DNA of 64,000 bases from assembly GCA_963750165.1 (NCBI GenBank), contig CAVVPN010000012.1:1152001-1216000 (forward strand). Direction: 5' to 3'. Positions 44,270-55,280 of this stretch are shown here, piece by piece (position 1 is the stretch's first letter; every line of letters starts with the position of its first letter). The stretch is from an uncultured Gemmataceae bacterium. GTDB lineage: Bacteria; Planctomycetota; Planctomycetia; Gemmatales; Gemmataceae. A program made the position numbers and the translations under genes. The notes under the pieces were generated by a model. That model was not told the DNA's origin. It saw nothing but the letters and a program-made list of their open reading frames with translations, and ran no database searches.

Positions 44270-44617
44270 TCACGACCCGGCCGCGGCGTCATGGCGGTAG
44301 ACGAGCACGCGCACCTTCTCCAGCGTCACCAGGCCCTCGCCGATCAGGCCGTCCAGCTCTGGCAGAAAAGCCGCGATCTTGTCCGGCGCATCGACAATCT
44401 CCACGACCATCGGCAAATCCTCCGACAGCCGCAAAATCTTCGCGGTGTGGATGCGGCTGTTGGCGCCGAAGCCGAGTACGCCACGCAGCACCGTCGCCCC
44501 GGCCAGGCCGCGCCGCCGCGCCTCCTCGACCAGCACCGCGTACAGCGGCCGGCCGTGGTGCTTGTCGTTCTCGCCGATGAAAATCCGCAGCAGTTCCGCC
44601 TCCGCCGGCAGTTTCAT
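44270..44617 (-). CDS. DUF190 (PII-like) protein
   Basis: LLRIFIGENDKHHGRPLY, GATVLRG and LSEDLP motifs; usual crcB neighbour. Confidence 0.88.
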   Translation of the reverse strand: MKLPAEAELLRIFIGENDKHHGRPLYAVLVEEARRRGLAGATVLRGVLGFGANSRIHTAKILRLSEDLPMVVEIVDAPDKIAAFLPELDGLIGEGLVTLEKVRVLVYRHDAAAGS

Positions 44618-44630
44618 AGCCTGACCCTCC

Positions 44631-45005
44631 TCACAGCAGACGACCCAGGAAAAACCCCGCGAACATGCACGCCAACCCGAGGCCCAGCTCCGCCCCGAGG
44701 TTGGCCGCGGCCAGCAGCCACTGCGTCCCGCGCAGCTGCTCGGCCGTCTCGAACGCGAACGTGGAGAACGTGGTGTATGCGCCGATGAACCCGGTCAGGA
44801 TGATGACGCGCGTCTCGCCGCTGATGAGGAAGCGCTCCTCCGCCAGCGTCCAGACGAAGCCGAACAGCAGACAGCCCGAGGCATTGATGACGAGGGTGCC
44901 CCAGGGGAAGTCCGCCCCGCACAGGCGCTGCACGACGCCGCCGAGCCAGTAGCGGGCCAGCGTCCCGGCGGTGCCGGCCAGCGCGAGCAGGATGACCTTC
45001 TTCAC
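44631..45005 (-). CDS. crcB: Fluoride channel CrcB/FluC
   Basis: GTLARY, FPWGTLVIN and TGFIGAYTTFSTF motifs. Confidence 0.92.
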   Translation of the reverse strand: MKKVILLALAGTAGTLARYWLGGVVQRLCGADFPWGTLVINASGCLLFGFVWTLAEERFLISGETRVIILTGFIGAYTTFSTFAFETAEQLRGTQWLLAAANLGAELGLGLACMFAGFFLGRLL

Positions 45006-45305
45006 TACGGGTTGCCTCCCTCGAACGAGAACGCGCGGCCGGCGCGGTTGTTGTACGTTGACCCCGAACACGGGGCAGAGGTATTTTCACAATGGCTGCA
45101 CTGGATCGAACCACACCCACAGGCAAGGCCAATGATGACCGGTCTCGAATTGCCCCCGTCGCGGTGCCTTTGGAAGCGTCGTTGGACGCCCCCGGCCGTC
45201 CTGGCTAAATTGTTTCGAGAGGCGTCGGGCCGTCCGCCGTCGCTCGCCGTCGGAAATGCGTCCCCTTTCTCGGAGCCCATCCATGAACAAGGTACAAGCG
45301 CCCTG

Positions 45306-46238
45306 ATGTTGGCGGTGATGGTCCTCGGGATCATCGCGTGCGGTGGCACGATCACCACCGGCCCCGGCCCGAACAACCCGAACAACCCGAACGACGGGGG
45401 GCCCAAACAGGTCGCCCTCGACCCCGCCGAGAAGGCGGCCGCGGACCTGCTCAAGGCGCACGGCGGCTTCGCCACCCAGGAAGGCAGCCACGTCATCGGC
45501 GTCACCGTGTTCCAGAAGAGCTTTACCGACGACCACCTCAAGCAACTCGCCCCGCTCACCAGGGTCCGGAAGATGGGCCTGACCCAGACCGGCATCACCG
45601 GCACCGGCTTCGCGGCCCTCACCGGGCTCACCGAACTCACCGAACTCAGCGTCGGCCAGGGGCCGCTCAGCGACGCCGGCATGAAGGAGATCGGCCGCTT
45701 CAAGCAGCTCAAGGTTCTGTCGATGAACCACAACCAGGTCACTGACGCCGGCTTCCGCGAGCTGGCCGGCATGACCCGGCTCGAAAAACTGGGCGCCCAG
45801 GGGACGAAGATCAGCAACACCGGCGTCGTCTTCATCGCCGACAACCTCAAGCAACTCCGCGAACTCGACGTCGGCAACAGTTCCATCGACGACACCGCCG
45901 CCGTCGCCATCGCCACCATGCCCAACCTCAAGGTGCTGACCATCTACGGCACCAGCGTCGGCGACAAGGGACTGGCAGCCCTCGCCGCCAGCCCGACGCT
46001 GGAGGAACTCCTGCTGAACCGCAGCAACCGCCTGACGGAGAAAAGCACCGCCATCCTCGCCAACAGCAAGAGCCTGCGCAAAATCGCTCTCTGGAGTACC
46101 TACCTCACCGACCAGAGCCTGGCGCCCCTGGGGAACATGCCGCAACTCACGGAACTCGACCTCCACGGCAGCGATAAAATTTCCTCCGAAGCCAAGATGA
46201 AGTTCATCAAGGCGCACCCGAACGTCAGTGTCAAGTAG
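45306..46238 (+). CDS. Leucine-rich-repeat lipoprotein (true start may be ATG 45283 with an indel)
   Basis: IIAC lipobox; repeated LxxLxL...TD.G LRR units. Confidence 0.8.
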   Translation: MLAVMVLGIIACGGTITTGPGPNNPNNPNDGGPKQVALDPAEKAAADLLKAHGGFATQEGSHVIGVTVFQKSFTDDHLKQLAPLTRVRKMGLTQTGITGTGFAALTGLTELTELSVGQGPLSDAGMKEIGRFKQLKVLSMNHNQVTDAGFRELAGMTRLEKLGAQGTKISNTGVVFIADNLKQLRELDVGNSSIDDTAAVAIATMPNLKVLTIYGTSVGDKGLAALAASPTLEELLLNRSNRLTEKSTAILANSKSLRKIALWSTYLTDQSLAPLGNMPQLTELDLHGSDKISSEAKMKFIKAHPNVSVK

Positions 46239-46268
46239 CGACGGCCGCGCAGGGGGCACTGAAGAAAG

Positions 46269-46381
46269 CTCACGCAAAGGCGCAAAGACGCAAAGAGTCG
46301 CAAAAGGGAATTGAAAAAAGACGACTACCGTGTTCTTGTAATTCGGTATTTCCTTGCGCCTCTTGGCGCCTTTGCGTGAGC
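46269..46381. repeat. Intergenic inverted repeat (cgcaaag-type REP-like)
   Basis: gctcacgcaaaggcgcaaagacgcaaag...cttgcgcctcttggcgcctttgcgtgagc. Confidence 0.6.
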
Positions 46382-46408
46382 TTTCTTCCTTTTCTTCAGA
46401 GACTGCCG

Positions 46409-47993
46409 ATGGACGAACTGCTCGCCGAGCTGCGCCGCCAGGAAGCCAAAATCAAGGAGGGCGGCGGCAAATCCGCCAGCGACCGCCAGCACGCCAAGGG
46501 CCGCCTCACCGCCCGCGAGCGCATCGCCAACTTGCTCGACCCCGGCACGGACCTGTTCGAACTGGGCCTGTGGGCCGCGTGGGGCATGTACCAGGACTGG
46601 GGCGGCGCACCGGCGGCGGGCGTCGTCACCGGCGTCGGCAGTGTCGGCGGCCGCCGCGTCATGGTCATCGCCAACGACGCCACCGTGAAAGCCGGCGCCT
46701 TCTTCCCCATGACCGCCAAGAAGGTGCTCCGCGCCCAGCGCATCGCCCTGGACAACCGCCTGCCGCTCGTCTACCTCGTCGATTCCGCCGGCGTCTTCCT
46801 GCCGCTGCAGGACGAGGTGTTCCCCGATGAGGACGACTTCGGCCGCATCTTCCGCAACAACGCGGTGCTCTCCGCCGCGGGCGTGCCGCAGTTCGCGGCC
46901 ATCCTCGGCAACTGCGTCGCCGGCGGCGGCTACCTGCCGGTGCTGTGCGACCAGCTGCTCATGACCGAGGGCAGCGGCCTGTACCTCGCCGGGCCGGCGC
47001 TGGTCAAGCGCCGCCATCGGTCAGAGCGTCGAGAGTGAGGAACTGGGCGGCGCCAAGATGCACAGCAGCATCAGCGGCACCGTCGATTACCGCGAGCCGG
47101 ACGACCCCGCCTGCCTGACGCGCCTGCGCCGCCTGGTCGAATTGCTGGCCGCCGACGTGCCGCGCGTCGCTTTCGACATCCCGACCGCCCGGCCAGCCGC
47201 GGACCTGCTGCACTACTGCGACCGCGCCGGTCGTCAGGAGTACGATGTGCGCGACGTGCTGGCGTGTCTGCTGGACGCGGCGCCGTTCGACGAGTACAAG
47301 GCCGAATATGGTCAAACGCTGGTGTGCGGCTTCGGCCGGCTGGGCGGCGTGCCGGTCGGCGTCGTGGCCAACCAGCGCCAGCGTTGCAAGCCGGCGGCGG
47401 GGCCGTTGCAGTTCGGCGGCGTCATCTACGTCGATAGCGCCGACAAGGCGGCGCGCTTCATCATGGACTGCAACCAGACACGGGTGCCGCTGCTGTTCCT
47501 GCAGGACGTGAACGGCTTCATGGTCGGCCGCGACTCGGAGCAGGCCGGCATCATCCGCGCCGGCGCCAAGCTGGTGAACGTCATCGCCAACAGCGTGGTG
47601 CCCAAGATCACACTGATCCTGGGCGGCTCGTTCGGCGCCGGCAACTACGCTCTGTGTGGCAAGGCGTTCGACCCGCGTTTCATCCTGGCGTGGCCCACGG
47701 CGAAGTACGCGGTCATGGGTGCGGACCAGGCGGCGGGCACGCTGCTGGACATCACCGTCAGCGCGCTGAAGCGCGGCGGCCACGAGCCGGACGCGGCGGA
47801 GTTGCAGGAGCTGCGCGACAGGGTGACGGCGGCGTACCAGGAGCAGACGGACGTGCGCTACGCGGCGGCGCGGTTGTGGGTCGATGGCGTCGTGGAGCCA
47901 ACCGCCACGCGGCCGGCGCTGCTGACGGCGCTGGCGGTGGCGCTGCGGTACGATGAGGGCCGGCCGTTTCGGACGGGCGTGCTGCAAGTGTAG
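46409..47993 (+). CDS. Acyl-CoA carboxylase carboxyltransferase (MccB/LiuB-like), frameshift near 47010
   Basis: GRLTARERI, ANDATVKAG, GNCVAGGGY, GGSFGAGNYA and YAAARLWVDG motifs. Confidence 0.88.
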
Positions 47994-48164
47994 CCTCCCG
48001 CCCGGTATCGACAGCGCTTCCCTGATGATTGCCCCTTGACAGGGATTGGACGACAGCCGAACATTCCCTGGTGGCCTTGATCGTCGGCTTTCCGCAGCGC
48101 TAACTCAGTAAGTTACCTCCTTTCTCCGTTGACAGAGTTACCCATGCGCCACCTGATGTTCGTT

Positions 48165-48908
48165 TCACACCTGGGCTGCGGAAGCCGTGCCGGCCGTGAG
48201 GCCGATCTGTTGGGCCGGGAGATGCGCTTGTGCTTCGGGGCTCCCAAGGATGGCCGCCTCCACTTGGGTGTCCGTCATGTCCCCAGACGTCAGATGCTGT
48301 ACCCACAAGGTCACTCCCTTTTCCTCCGGGGAAGGGGCACGGCCCAGGTAGAGGCGATACCACAGCGTCACCCGTTCGAGCGGGGTCATGGAAGCCATAC
48401 CGACTGTGTTGCCGTTCCGTGGGGCCGGGAGAAGCGCTTGTGCTTCCTGGACCTGCACGTCGCGGAAGTGCAATTTCACTTCCCATCCGTTGCTGAGCAG
48501 AATCGACCAGGACCAGATAGGCGGTTCGCCGGGGATCAGTTCCAGTTCATCATACTGCCATTCCACCACGCTGCCTGTGGAACGAAACTGCAGGGGCAAG
48601 TCGGTCGGGTTGATTTTGGGTTCGTTCACCAGGTCGAAGGTAAGCGTCACCAAAGGTTGCGGCGGCGAATCCAGCTGTAACACGATGACAAAGGAATGCC
48701 CCTGTTTGCCCAGGCCCCGAACCTTGGCGTCATGGAGTTGATAACTTTCTTCAATGTGCCTCAAACCCGAGGGCATTTTCCCCTTAATCGAGTCAAAGTA
48801 ATGGCCATAACTATCGCAGGCGCAGTCCCATTCCTCCTGGGCGGCGTTGGCAATGGCATCGTCTTTGGAGCCGAAGCGGACGAGCAGGTCAGGCGTAAAG
48901 TATTTCAT
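48165..48908 (-). CDS. Hypothetical immunity-like protein with C-terminal DUF4214-like segment
   Basis: MKYFTPDL...LHDAKV core; tail YRLYLGRAPS...WVQHL...VEAAILGSPE; lower GC. Confidence 0.5.
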   Translation of the reverse strand: MKYFTPDLLVRFGSKDDAIANAAQEEWDCACDSYGHYFDSIKGKMPSGLRHIEESYQLHDAKVRGLGKQGHSFVIVLQLDSPPQPLVTLTFDLVNEPKINPTDLPLQFRSTGSVVEWQYDELELIPGEPPIWSWSILLSNGWEVKLHFRDVQVQEAQALLPAPRNGNTVGMASMTPLERVTLWYRLYLGRAPSPEEKGVTLWVQHLTSGDMTDTQVEAAILGSPEAQAHLPAQQIGLTAGTASAAQV

Positions 48909-49285
48909 TTTTTCTTCCTCGCCTTGCGCTTGTCGGTTTCGTAAAAGGTGTGCCCGTCCGGTTCCCGCGACTCCTGGTGGTAGTGCGGTAAAGCGTGCGG
49001 CCCGGCGCGCCGCTCGGGCGGCTGCGGCGGTGTGCGCGGCCCGACGGCGGCTTCAATTTGGCCAGCAAGTCGCCGATTCGCGGCCAGATCCTCCCCGCAA
49101 ACCACAACATCTTCGGCAACAATCCGCCGCGCCACCGCGTCCTTGAAGCTGAGTTCCTGGCCCCGCTCCACAAGGCCGGAAGGGCCGGAGACTCTTTCCG
49201 CCGCGTGGATTGTTGGCGAGGGCGTCTTCGGTTGCTCCTGAGACGGCGCTGCTTCGGGGGGCGCTTCGTTTGGCTCGGCAGCCAT
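48905..49285 (-). CDS. Small His-motif toxin-like protein
   Basis: C-terminal PHALPHYHQ...GHTFYE; stop codon overlaps the next start (ATGA). Confidence 0.45.
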   Translation of the reverse strand: MAAEPNEAPPEAAPSQEQPKTPSPTIHAAERVSGPSGLVERGQELSFKDAVARRIVAEDVVVCGEDLAANRRLAGQIEAAVGPRTPPQPPERRAGPHALPHYHQESREPDGHTFYETDKRKARKKK

Positions 49286-49289
49286 TGGT

Positions 49290-49505
49290 TCATCTTACCT
49301 CATCCCTGATGGTTCCCATGATCCCGCGCTGCCGCCGCAGTTCCTCCATGCGCCGCTTGATCTCCGCCTGGTAGCCACGCTCCAACGGCTCATAATACCG
49401 CACGGGACGCTCCGCCGTGGACCGCACGCCCACCTCCAGCGCCGTCAGCGCCCGCCGTGCGTCGCCGTCGCTCAACTGCGCCAGCACGTCCAGCGCCTCC
49501 TCCGT
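49290..49505 (-). pseudogene. rarA: Internally deleted rarA/mgsA remnant
   Basis: EALDVLAQLSDGDARRALTALEVGV (AAA lid) fused in frame at ~49398 to YYEPLERGYQAEIKRRME (RarA C-terminus). Confidence 0.7.
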
Positions 49506-49748
49506 TTCGCAAGGAGGACGGATTCTCGATGATTATCTTACCTGATCCGGCATTCCCTGGGCACTCCTGAAAGCGATTGATTCCCGACACCCAACCGTCT
49601 CGGGAGTGCAACGAAAAAAACCGCAAGGATCAAAGGCCGATTCCTTGCTTGACGAGGCGAGAATGTCGCGCCTACACTCCCTTATGTATCGTGACTGTCC
49701 GTTCTGCGGAAGCGGTTGAACAACGACCCCGGCGCTTGAGGATCTTCC

Positions 49749-50455
49749 ATGGCGAGCGACCACGACCTGAATTCGCTGTCGCGCTTCCGCAAACAGTCCG
49801 GGCGGTTGGTCCTGGAAGAGCACAGCCACTGCGAGATACCGGCCGGCTGCGGCGGCGTTGTGCTGCGCTGGCGCAACCCATTCGCCGCTGTGCCGCTCCG
49901 GCTCCACCTCTACGCGCCAGTCCCCGCCGCCTGCTTCCTCGACGGGGCCGAGGTGCAAAACGGTCGCGTGGACCTCGCTCTCGGACGGCACGCCGTCGCC
50001 CTTGCCCTGGAGGACACGGACCTGTCCGGCGGCCTGATCCTGTTTGCGGCCGTCCACCCCGAGACGCGCTCGGAGCGCAATCCGCCGGCCCTGGTGACCG
50101 ACGCCCCGCTGCGGGTGCTGACGGCCGACGACGGCACCTGGAAATGTACCCTCCAGCGGCCGGAAACCGACGAGTGGAAGACGCCCACCTTCGACGACCG
50201 CGACTGGGTCGTCCTGACGGGGGCGCCGAAGCCGCGGCTCGCCTCCGGCGCCCGGGCGCCTACCAGTGCGACGAGTGTGTCCGCCTGGGGGCCGTCTGCC
50301 TCCGACTACCGGCACCGGCTCCCGCGGCGGAACGGGGCTCGTTGTGGCAGCTGCTGGGGTTGTGGCGAGGCCCGCAGGCGCCCCCGGTGATGGGCAGCGT
50401 CTGGATCCGCAAAGTCTTTGACATCCCACCGCCCCAAACCCGTGCGTCGTCGTGA
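49749..50455 (+). CDS. Hypothetical protein with HSHCEIPAGCGG motif (frameshift near 50250)
   Basis: RBS gagga; coherent N-terminus in ORF 49749..50390; C-terminus (..GSVWIRKVFDI) in the frame ending at 50455. Confidence 0.6.
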
Positions 50456-50492
50456 CGCACGGCTGGGGGCGGATCGACCCAGGACGACCCGC

Positions 50493-51838
50493 ATGACCAC
50501 CTCGCGTAACCCGCTGACCCTGGTCCCGCAGTATTTCGGCTGCCTTGTCTTCGACCGGCGCACGTCGCGCTACCTGCCGTTCGACCACGAGGCGACTGCC
50601 CTGCTGCGCGCGCTCCACGGCCGGCCGATTGACGCCGTCCTCGCCGATTACCCCGGCGAAGACGAGCGCGCCGCGGTCGAACGGTTCTTCGCCTGTTTTT
50701 ACGAGCGCGGCTTCTTTCGCCTGGACGGACGGTTGGCGGCGGACCTCCTCGACGTGGACGTGCCCGCGGACCACCTGGTCGGGCCGCTGGCGGTCCACCT
50801 GGAGGTCGTGGGCGCCTGCAACCTGACCTGCACCCACTGCTTCGCGGGCACGCTGCCGCGCAACCACCAGCCGCTGACCGTCGCCGAGATGGACCGCCTG
50901 TTCGGCGAGCTGGCCCGGCTCGGGTCGTTTCGGCTGGGCCTCACCGGCGGCGAACCGCTGCTGCGCAAGGACCTGGGCGACATCCTCGACGCGGCCACCG
51001 GGCACGGCCTGCACCCCTGCTTGACGACGAACGGCCTGCTGCTCACCGAGGAGATCGCCCGCCAGCTGGGCCGTCGCGACCTCGTCTGGATCAACGTGAG
51101 CCTCGAAGGCCCGGACGCCGAGACGAACGACGCCGTCCGCGGGCCGGGGACGTTCGCGGCCGTGCTGGAGAACCTGAAAGTCCTCCGCCGGCACGCGCGC
51201 TTCACCCTGGCCTTCACGGTCCTGCGCACGAACGCCCACCTCGTCAACCGCTGCGCCGAACTGGCCTATCGCGTCGGCGCCCACACCGCCGTGTTCCGGC
51301 CGCTCTACCCGGCCGGCGTCGCTCTCGAACACCTCGACCTGATGCCGAGTTTCAGCCAGTACAGCCACGCCCTGCACGAACTGGCGGACATGGCGAGCCC
51401 GGGGGCGGACCTGCGCGGCCTCGATCCGTTCGGCCCGGACAGCCGGGCCGCCACGCAGCCGCGCATCCACACCAGCCACACTTGCGGGGCGGGCCAGCAC
51501 GTCTGTTCCGTCTCAGTGCAGGGCGAGGTCAGCCCGTGCAGTTTCCTCGGCCCCGCCTTCCATACCGGCAACGTCCGCGCCACGCCCTTCGCGGTCCTCT
51601 GGCGCACTGGCCAGCAGTTCCGGCGGCTGCGCGAACCGTCGGCGGGCGGCTTCTCGGGCGGCTGCCGGGCGCGGCGCAGGCGCTCGCGGGCTCCGCGGAC
51701 GCGCCCGACCCGTGGTTCGAGGAGTATCTGGCCGGCGCCGCGCCGCACCCCGGGGCCAACGTCGAGGCGGCGGCCGCCTTCCCGCGGGCGCTGCCGGTTC
51801 GGTCCGCCGCGCCGGAGGAGGCGAGCCATGCTCCCTGA
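50493..51838 (+). CDS. Radical SAM/SPASM protein with RRE-like N-terminus (frameshift near 51672)
   Basis: CNLTCTHC, LTGGEPL, TTNG, VSLEG, CGAG...GEVSPCSFL...GNVR and GGCRAR; then ..DAPDPW in the shifted frame. Confidence 0.85.
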
Positions 51839-52957
51839 GAAGTACCGCTGGATCGGCGTGCAGTTCGAGCCGGGAGAGGGCGACCCCGACCTGTTGCTGG
51901 CGGTCGCCGAGGAGCTGGAGGACGAGGGCAACCGGGCGGGGGCCGCGCAGGTGCTCGACCGGGCGTTTGGCATCGCCCCGGCGCACGAGGCGGTGCGACG
52001 GGCGCGGCGCGCGTCCTGGACAGCCTGGCGGTGGTCGAGCACGGCCTGACATTCCGCTACATCCCGGGCGGCGTGTTCCTGATGGGCTGCGACACACGCG
52101 AGCAAGATGAGCGCCCCTGGCACCCGGTATGGCTGGCGCCGTACTGGATGTCGGAGACGCCGGTCAGCTGGGAGGCGTACTGCCGGCTCATGGGCTGGGA
52201 GGCGCCGCCGGGCGGTTATCCGCGGGACCGTGAGCCGGCGCCGGGTGATTTCGACCGCCCGCTCTTTCATCTGTACAACGCGAACAAAATTCGCCTGCAA
52301 TACTGCGAGGACCGTACAACGCAGGCCGGCGACTGGCACGCCCACGCCCCGGGGCAGATGTGGCAGACGGGCGGCCAGACCCAGTCCGCTCAGGAGTTGT
52401 TCGGCACGCCGCCGCGCGACGAGCCCGACGCACCGTGGCGGTACGACACCAAGCCGATGATTGCGGTCGCCTGGCAGGATGTCGAGGACCTGGCCGCCCG
52501 CCTGTCCACCGACCGGGTGCGCTACGGCTGTCCGACCGAGGCGCAGTGGGAGAAGGCCGCCCGCGGCGGCCTGATCGGCGCCCGCTACGCCTGGGGCGAC
52601 GAGCCGCCGACCCCCGACTGCTGCGACTTTGACCACTTCGGCGACTTTTCGATCCGCCCGATGACGACCTTTCCGCCCAACGGCTACGGGCTGTACGCGG
52701 TCAACGGCGGTGTCTGGGAGTGGACGCGCGACTGGTACGACCGCGACTACTACCGGCACTCCCCCGAGGAGGACCCGGAGGGGCAGGAGAAGGGGCAGGA
52801 GAAGGTGTTGCGCGGCGGCTCCTGGGCGGACTGTGCCGACGCGGTCACGGTGACCTTCCGCATGTCGCGCGGCTCCCGCAGCTGGACGGAGGGCGAGTGG
52901 AGCGAGCACCTGGCGCCGAACATTGGTTTCCGGCTGTGCCGGACGGTCGTCGGCTGA
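51828..52957 (+). CDS. FGE-sulfatase (SUMF1/CLec-fold) domain protein with N-terminal TPR-like helix pair (frameshift near 52005)
   Basis: IPGGVFLMG, PTEAQWEKAARGG, PPNGYGLY..GGVWEW, LRGGSW and IGFR motifs; overlaps the rSAM 3' end. Confidence 0.85.
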
Positions 52958-52973
52958 CGGGCGTGGCGGGAGG

Positions 52974-54978
52974 TTACGGGGCGGCCGCGGCGGTCGCCGG
53001 CTCGGCGCTCTTCCAGGACTCGGACGGCGTCACCAGCGGCAGCAGGCCGGCGCACTGGCTGGCCAGAAACGCGCGGGCCGCGGCGGCGCCCGCGCCGGGC
53101 ACCTGCGCCGCCACGGCCTCGTGCCACCCGGCGGCCGCGGCCAGCTGCCAGGCCTGTCCATCGCTCAGACTGCGCAGGCTGGCCCGCGCCGGCCGCAGCT
53201 TGTCCCAGACCTGCTTCGTCAGGGGCGGCAACTCCCGGTGCGCCGGCGCCAGCCACAGCACGATCATGGCGTCCGCCGGACGGGCGGGCTCGGCCAGCGG
53301 CGCAAGCCGGGCTTCCAGTTCCGTGGGCAACGCCCGGCCGGTCGTGAGCAACAGGCCGACGGCCACGCGCGCGGGCCGCCCCAGGGCGCCGTCGTCGGTC
53401 ACCCGCTGCCAGTCCACCGCGGTGACCAGAGCGTAATCGCGGTGCGGATCCTTGGTCACCACCACCTCGGCGCCCGCCAGCCGCCAGCCGTCGCGGGTGA
53501 CCGCCCCGGCCGCCTGCAGCACCTGACACAACCCCTCGTTGAGCTTCCCTCCCAGGCTCGAGAGCCCGACGTTCTGGGCTACCTGCTCCGCCGCGCGCAC
53601 GCGCTCTTGCCAGAGGCGCCGCAGCAGCGTGTCCGGGTCGGTCGCCGTCGCCAGCGCTGGCGGCGCCGACGACGGCACTGGCGGTTTGACCGCCGGCGTC
53701 GGTGCATGCCCGTGGACGATACGGTCGTACTCCTCGCGCAGCCGCTGCAAGCGCGTCCGCAGCGGCACGTCCGCCATCTGCTCGACCGCGGCCAGGTCGG
53801 CGTCCGTGAACGGGAACAGCCGCGGCAGTTGATCGGCCGCCGCAAAGCCCCGCAGTGTCCGCGCGACGCGGTGCTCGACCAGCGTGCGGAGCGCCGCCGG
53901 CGCCGGCGCTCCGAGGTACACGACATCCACCACGCCGTGGCCGGGCACGGACACGCCCTGATCCAGGCGGCTCAGGGCGAACGGGTGCCCCAGCGTGCGC
54001 AGCGCCCGGTACACCTCGCTCTCGGCGAACACCAGGAAGAGCAGGCTGCGCGTCGCGTCCACCGCCTGGGCCAGGCCGTCGAGGAAGGCACGCACGCGCT
54101 CCGGGCTGAGTTCGCCCTGCGGTGCCAGCAGCCCCTCCAGGTTGTCGTAGGCGAAGACGACCGGCAACCGCACCAGGGCGCACACCTCGACCAGGGCGAG
54201 CAGCAGCTGGCGGGCCGCCACGCTGCGGAAGGACGGCCGCGCACCGCCAGGGCCGGCATCGGTTTCCACAAACGTCCCGAGCGGGTCGGCCTCGTCCAGC
54301 AAAGCCGCCCGAACCAGTGCCATCAGCAGCCGCCGGCGCACCACGCCCGCCGCTTCCTTTTCCCAGCGCTGCAGATCATCGGCGATGCGCTCGACCGCCG
54401 CAGCCGGCGTGAGCCCGTGAGTCTGGGCGAGCGCCGCCGGATCCTCGACCGCCGACGGCGCGTCCGGGGCGGATACGCCCAGGACGCGGCGCAGCAGCCG
54501 GGCGGTCAGGTTGGCGGCGATGTCGCGCAATGGCGGCCGGCCGGAAGGCGTGCCCTCGGCGCGAAGGGCCGCGATCAGGTGGCCGACCAGTGCCTCATCA
54601 AGGGGCACTTCCGGTTCAAAAAAGGTGGGCTGGATCAGCAGCTGGAGCGCGTCGTCGCGGTGCGCCAGTGCCTCCAGCAGATGGGTCTTGCCGGCGCCGC
54701 GCGGCCCGACCACGGCGACCACACGGCTGTCGGCCAGGCCGCTGCCGGGGTGATACGCCTTCAGGCGGTACGTCTGCGGCCGATACACGTCCATCGTCGC
54801 GGTGAGTTTCTGGTATTCGGCCTGGTGAATGCTGGGCTCGTGGTGATCGAGGAAGTGCTCGTCGGGCCGCTGCGGCCGCACCAGACCGTCAAACGGGTTG
54901 GGCTGGCCGCGCAGCCAGTCGCGGGCCTGGTCGGTCAGGGCCGGGCCGGGCTGTGCGATGTCAGGGGAGATCGACATA
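52974..54978 (-). CDS. Large P-loop (AAA+/STAND-like) ATPase
   Basis: NPF near the N-terminus, Walker A GPRGAGKT, Walker B VVFAYDNLE, candidate Arg finger LSRL. Confidence 0.75.
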
Positions 54979-55280
54979 AATATCACCTATCTGAAATATA
55001 GTAAAACTGGTATTGTCTGCCACCTGCGCCGTGCCTATCCTCCCCGCGCCCTTATGAAGTTTGTGAAGGCGCCTGCGAACTTGACAACCCTCCCCTGGCA
55101 TTTTACTGTGCAACCAGTGGCCGCGGTGGAGCGTTCTGCCCCGCCGCGGCGGTCCATCCCCCGTCCCCACGGCGCATTGCGCAAGGAACCCAATGCTGTG
55201 CGTGTCCTGCCGGGGACCGCTGCGTAGAATGGTTCACCCGGGCGCAGTCCCGGTAAAGCATACATCGAAGGAGGCATCCC

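Noticed and set aside
45006..45280. Fluoride riboswitch upstream of crcB
   Set aside because: I could not find the GGCGAUGG...CUGAUGA-type consensus on the minus strand; an Infernal RF01734 search would settle it.
52780..52957. FGE/CLec C-terminus as a DGR variable region
   Set aside because: No template-repeat copy and no reverse transcriptase seen in the window.
51828..52957. True formylglycine-generating enzyme serving the sulfatase at 9867-11395
   Set aside because: It lacks the catalytic two-Cys motif after RGGS and lies 40 kb away in an unrelated operon.
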